From the IMG/VR virus record IMGVR_UViG_3300037508_001334: a stretch of 20,000 nucleotides of DNA. One strand, 5' to 3'. The stretch's first letter is position 1. Every line of letters starts with the position of its first letter. Shown here in pieces: positions 16,145 to 20,000 of this stretch. The stretch is from an uncultured virus (IMG/VR IMGVR_UViG_3300037508_001334) (lineage: Duplodnaviria; Heunggongvirae; Uroviricota; Caudoviricetes). A model generated the notes under the pieces. It saw only the letters and a program-made list of their open reading frames with translations. It ran no database searches and had not been told where the DNA came from. Made by a program: the position numbers and the translations under genes.

Positions 16145-19100
16145 ATGTCTTTTAATATTTTTGGGCCTGCTTCACAAGACTCAATTAGAGTTGGATACAT
16201 TTCTACCGACAGAGGATTTGTTGAGGGTGTATCTGTATGTGAAGCTAATGATTATGCAAAATTAAATCCTGGAACTCGTTTTGTATTTAAGACCAGGAAC
16301 TTTATTAAGTATCTAAACATCAATGAAGTTAATCAACTCACTCCAAATGATATTGTTTCTGAAGAAAGTCCTTGTGGGGGAATTCAACTTGAATCTGAAT
16401 GTGGTTCACCGCAAGTTTATTTTTATGGTGGTGGGGGAGTCGGTGTTCAAGGAAATCCGGTTATTGGTGAAGATGGGGCATTGCTTGCAATTGATTTAGT
16501 TTCTGGTGGGTTTGGATATCAATACGCACCAATTGTAGAAGTTAAAGACAGATGCAATATTGGAGTTGGTGCAGTTACACGTGCTGTAATTGGTGAAATT
16601 ACGGAAACAGTTGAGTTTTATGATCAAGAAGAAGATTTTGAAGAATATGAATTATGTGAGCCTACGGATGTTGGGTATGGTAAGAGGTATGACCCAAATG
16701 GAAAAGAACTTGGACCTTGGGAACCAACTCTCTATGCAAATTTATCCAAAGATCCGATTGCAAGAGAAATTAAGGAGTATCAAGATTTTCTTAGACAGTT
16801 GCAAAATCCTTGGTGGAGTACAAGAAAAGAGCCTCCACTAAAATTAACTTCCGCAAATAAGGTTACAAGAACAAAATTTAATGTTAATTATCCTGCTTGG
16901 AATGAATTTATGAATTCATTTGCAGTGTCTCCCGTTCCACCATCAAATGTTCCAGGAAGTGATTTTGCAGCAATTCCGTTTACATTTGAGTGGGAAGAAG
17001 AGTTTCCTTATGATGGTGAGTATGTCTTTAGAGGATTGTGTGATAATAAAGCAGAGTTTTATTTGGATAATGTAAAAATAGCAGATCTTAGATCTTTTAA
17101 AGATTCCCCCGAAACAATTATAAAAACAATCAAGGCTGGTGTTCATAGAATTCGTCTTGACTTATTAAATACTGCAATCAAAGAAAAAGTTATAAAACAA
17201 CAAACAGAAACACAAGTCGCGGGTGTTGATTTTATTCTTAAGAGTGATGGATATTATATGACTGTTGGTGGTAATACTGATGTTGAAGTAGGTCTTTCTT
17301 TGCAATATGCTAATAACTCAAGTTCATCAGTTTCTAAAATTATTATTCCAAATCCAGAAGGACAAAGTGTAGTTTTAAGTTCAGAAACAAAGGAAGAAAA
17401 ATCTGTTTTTAAGGCAAATGAATCTGGTTACGGTCCAATTCAATTTACTGGTGAGGCAAAAAAGGTAAGTTTATCACGAAGAAATTTAGCATATGGTCCT
17501 GATAGTTCAAAATATGGGGAAGTTAATTTTCTTGGCGCAGATGGATCAACAATTCAAGCAACACTCAGAGCATTTTCTGCAAAAAATTTACAGGAAATTA
17601 GAATAGCAAAATCATCATCGTCATCAACATCATCTCAAAATACACAATCAAGAAGAGTATTTAATACCATTGATTATATTAATAAAGCAGATAGATCTTT
17701 ATGGAGAATTGATCCAAGAGCAGGAAGAGATGCTGGGTTTATCAGTCAATATGGAATTCTTCCTTTTGACCCCACATCAACTGAATCTGAAACAGAAAGT
17801 TTTTCTGGAACTCATATAATTAATTGGAAAAACATTACATTTCCAATTGATGGTAATTATAATATTGAAATAATGGTAGATGATAATGTAACTCTTACTT
17901 TTATTGGACCTAATGGAAATACTACAATTAATAAAAATGGATTTAGTGGACCAGGAAAAAGCACTGGAAAAACTTTAGAAACAAAATTTTTTAAGGCAGG
18001 AGATTATACATTAAGAGCAGAACTGGAACAAATTAATGTTGGTCCCTTATCAAAAGGAAATCCAATGGCTCTTGCCATTAATATTGAAACTTCATTTAGA
18101 GAAGAGGAAGTTGTTTCTCCAAAATCTTGGAATGAAAACCCGATGGGTGTTGCATTAACAATTGATGCACCAATGCCCCCTATTCCTCAAGAACCTCTCA
18201 TACCACAAGAAGGTAGGTGTCCAAATAACCCAATTTGGTCAACAAGATTTCCGAACGGAACGGAAAAGTGGTGGCCAGTTAAGTATATAAAAGATTTAAA
18301 AGAAGGCCCAAGTTGGAGTCAATTTATGAATCGTTATGCTGTTTCTCCAGTTCCACCTCTTTCAAAAAAAGGAAGTGATAGTGGTGGAGTTGTTTATAGA
18401 AATGAATGGAATTTAGATATTCCATATGATGGATTTTATGCACTCAAATCAACTGTTGATAACGCAGGAAGAATCTTAATTGATAATGTACCGATTATGC
18501 AGGCAAATTATATACCGATAGAATTGAGAAATAGTAGAGGTGGAAGTGGTGTTGAACAGAGAAGTGGTATTGCGGATATTGATGGTGGTAGAATATACAA
18601 TTGGAGAGAAAATGATCCCAAACCAAAAAAAGTTTTCCTGACAAAAGGAAAACATATGATACAAGTTGAGGTTGAAAATGGAATTACGGAAACATTTGAA
18701 TTTGTAGATAAAAAGATCTTTAGTACAAAAGATTGGCTTGTGAGTTCTCAAGGACCAAAAACAGTTGATGTTAATTTTGATATATCGGTTACTGGATTGT
18801 ATGCAAATTCTTTTAAAATTGAAGAACTTGGAGTCAATATTTCAAAAGAATATGGTGAGGGAAAAGAAATTCGTCAAAAAATTACAAAGACTTTAGAATA
18901 CGGAAAAGTATATACTGTAAAGTTATCAAGTGCTCAAGGGAGAATACAGCAAAGATTCCCCGCAGAAAATTTCTTACAGGTTGAAGATTCTGATAATCCA
19001 AATAATCCATATCGTGATATTGAATGTCTTGCAAGTGTTGGAAAGTTTTTTGGTTCTCAAGGAGACACTTGCAAATTTGTTGTTACATATAAACCACCTG

Positions 19101-20000
19101 CTACAACAAGTGGAACTTCAAAAAGTGGTGCTCTTTATGAAGGTCCAACACCAATTGCAAATTACAGAGGAGATTTTATGTCTCCTCTTTTTGGAGATAT
19201 AAATCTTGATCCCAATGAGGAAGTTCAAGGAAAGACTTGGATCTTTCGTTGGTCAAATGTAGATTTTCCTGAAGATGGACAATATACTTTAGAATCTCAG
19301 GCAGATGATTCTTTAATCATTAAAATTGATGGAGTCAAAATTGGGGAATCAAAAGTATTTGAAGGTAGAAGAAAAACAAACTTTAATATTACTAAAGGAA
19401 AAAGAACTATTGAATTAGAACTTTCCAACATAAGAATACCTGATACTGGATTTCAACAAAATCCTGTTGTAGGATTTGCTCAAATTACTAAAAAAGTAAG
19501 TCAAGCAACCGGAGTCAGTAAACCTTGGACAGAAAACCCAATGGGAATTTCTGCAATTTTAATTCCTCCTCCTTGCCCTAAGAGAGTTAGAGGTAAGGGT
19601 GTTGTTACGGATGTAATTGTTGATGATCCTGGAAATGGATATCCTCGTTCACCTGGAGAAGGGTATCCAGTGACATTAAGAATTAAGGATGTTGTTGTAG
19701 AAGACACAGGTATCAATTATAGTTGCGGTATAGATCAAATTCAAATCACACCAAACAATGGTGCTGTTCTTGATTATGAGTGTGATACTTTTGGTAGAAT
19801 TATCAACGTAAAAGTTTTAAATCCTGGTCTTGGATTCACAAGATATCCGGAGATTACTTTACCGTCAGATACGGGAATCAATGCAACATTCAGACCACAG
19901 TTTGAAGTTGTAAGAGATCCAATCGTTACTGAACCACAAAAATTAATCCAGGTTACTGATTTGGTAGGTCTCAAACAAACTGGATATGTTGATGGTCGTG
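16145..20000 (+). CDS. Large virion structural protein (>1285 aa, 3'-truncated) with repeated PA14-like beta-sandwich modules; probable gp5 C-terminal partner
   Basis: Absent from the ORF track, consistent with no stop inside the window. Starts MSFNIFGPASQDSIRVGYISTDRG and is still in frame at the end (...LIQVTDLVGLKQTGYVDGR). Contains GGGG.G...G.LLAIDLVSGGFGY..AP.V and I..V.V..PG.G[YF] baseplate-type repeats, plus four [FI]PxDGxY...D[DN] repeats. Confidence 0.85.
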   Translation, partial: MSFNIFGPASQDSIRVGYISTDRGFVEGVSVCEANDYAKLNPGTRFVFKTRNFIKYLNINEVNQLTPNDIVSEESPCGGIQLESECGSPQVYFYGGGGVGVQGNPVIGEDGALLAIDLVSGGFGYQYAPIVEVKDRCNIGVGAVTRAVIGEITETVEFYDQEEDFEEYELCEPTDVGYGKRYDPNGKELGPWEPTLYANLSKDPIAREIKEYQDFLRQLQNPWWSTRKEPPLKLTSANKVTRTKFNVNYPAWNEFMNSFAVSPVPPSNVPGSDFAAIPFTFEWEEEFPYDGEYVFRGLCDNKAEFYLDNVKIADLRSFKDSPETIIKTIKAGVHRIRLDLLNTAIKEKVIKQQTETQVAGVDFILKSDGYYMTVGGNTDVEVGLSLQYANNSSSSVSKIIIPNPEGQSVVLSSETKEEKSVFKANESGYGPIQFTGEAKKVSLSRRNLAYGPDSSKYGEVNFLGADGSTIQATLRAFSAKNLQEIRIAKSSSSSTSSQNTQSRRVFNTIDYINKADRSLWRIDPRAGRDAGFISQYGILPFDPTSTESETESFSGTHIINWKNITFPIDGNYNIEIMVDDNVTLTFIGPNGNTTINKNGFSGPGKSTGKTLETKFFKAGDYTLRAELEQINVGPLSKGNPMALAINIETSFREEEVVSPKSWNENPMGVALTIDAPMPPIPQEPLIPQEGRCPNNPIWSTRFPNGTEKWWPVKYIKDLKEGPSWSQFMNRYAVSPVPPLSKKGSDSGGVVYRNEWNLDIPYDGFYALKSTVDNAGRILIDNVPIMQANYIPIELRNSRGGSGVEQRSGIADIDGGRIYNWRENDPKPKKVFLTKGKHMIQVEVENGITETFEFVDKKIFSTKDWLVSSQGPKTVDVNFDISVTGLYANSFKIEELGVNISKEYGEGKEIRQKITKTLEYGKVYTVKLSSAQGRIQQRFPAENFLQVEDSDNPNNPYRDIECLASVGKFFGSQGDTCKFVVTYKPPATTSGTSKSGALYEGPTPIANYRGDFMSPLFGDINLDPNEEVQGKTWIFRWSNVDFPEDGQYTLESQADDSLIIKIDGVKIGESKVFEGRRKTNFNITKGKRTIELELSNIRIPDTGFQQNPVVGFAQITKKVSQATGVSKPWTENPMGISAILIPPPCPKRVRGKGVVTDVIVDDPGNGYPRSPGEGYPVTLRIKDVVVEDTGINYSCGIDQIQITPNNGAVLDYECDTFGRIINVKVLNPGLGFTRYPEITLPSDTGINATFRPQFEVVRDPIVTEPQKLIQVTDLVGLKQTGYVDGR

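Noticed and set aside
17610..17636. TCA-type trinucleotide run
   Set aside because: It encodes a short Ser-rich linker between modules and is too short and imperfect to be a contingency repeat.
16590..19974. Several small ORFs suggesting a fragmented or non-coding 3' region
   Set aside because: The region is covered by one continuous frame from ATG 16145, omitted from the track only because its stop lies outside the window.

Overview
This window is a core segment of a T4-like cyanomyophage genome, AT-rich and read with the standard genetic code. A + strand replication/transcription block comes first: a 5'-truncated PD-(D/E)XK exonuclease, gp33, gp59, a DUF1825-like gene and gp32, with a near-consensus sigma70 promoter and an intrinsic terminator. 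A - strand block follows (gp4, gp2, a 20-codon uORF, gp48, gp53). The long + strand tail/baseplate block holds a gp54-like gene, gp26, a short gp51 ORF missed by the ORF track, two paralogous tape-measure/gp29-like proteins with peptidoglycan hydrolase domains, a gp27-like hub, the auxiliary gene cp12, a gp5 N-terminal-domain gene, and a >1285-codon PA14-like repeat protein that runs off the window and is also absent from the ORF track. T4-type late promoter motifs (NTAAATA) precede most structural genes. The most notable signal is a candidate programmed -1 frameshift (T TTT TTC) that fuses gp26 to the short gp51 ORF just upstream of the tape-measure-like genes, resembling lambda G/GT tail-chaperone recoding. 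Also notable are an SD-sequestering leader and uORF before gp48, and an apparently split gp5 with a large lectin-like insertion. All family assignments come from motif recognition and synteny, not database searches.
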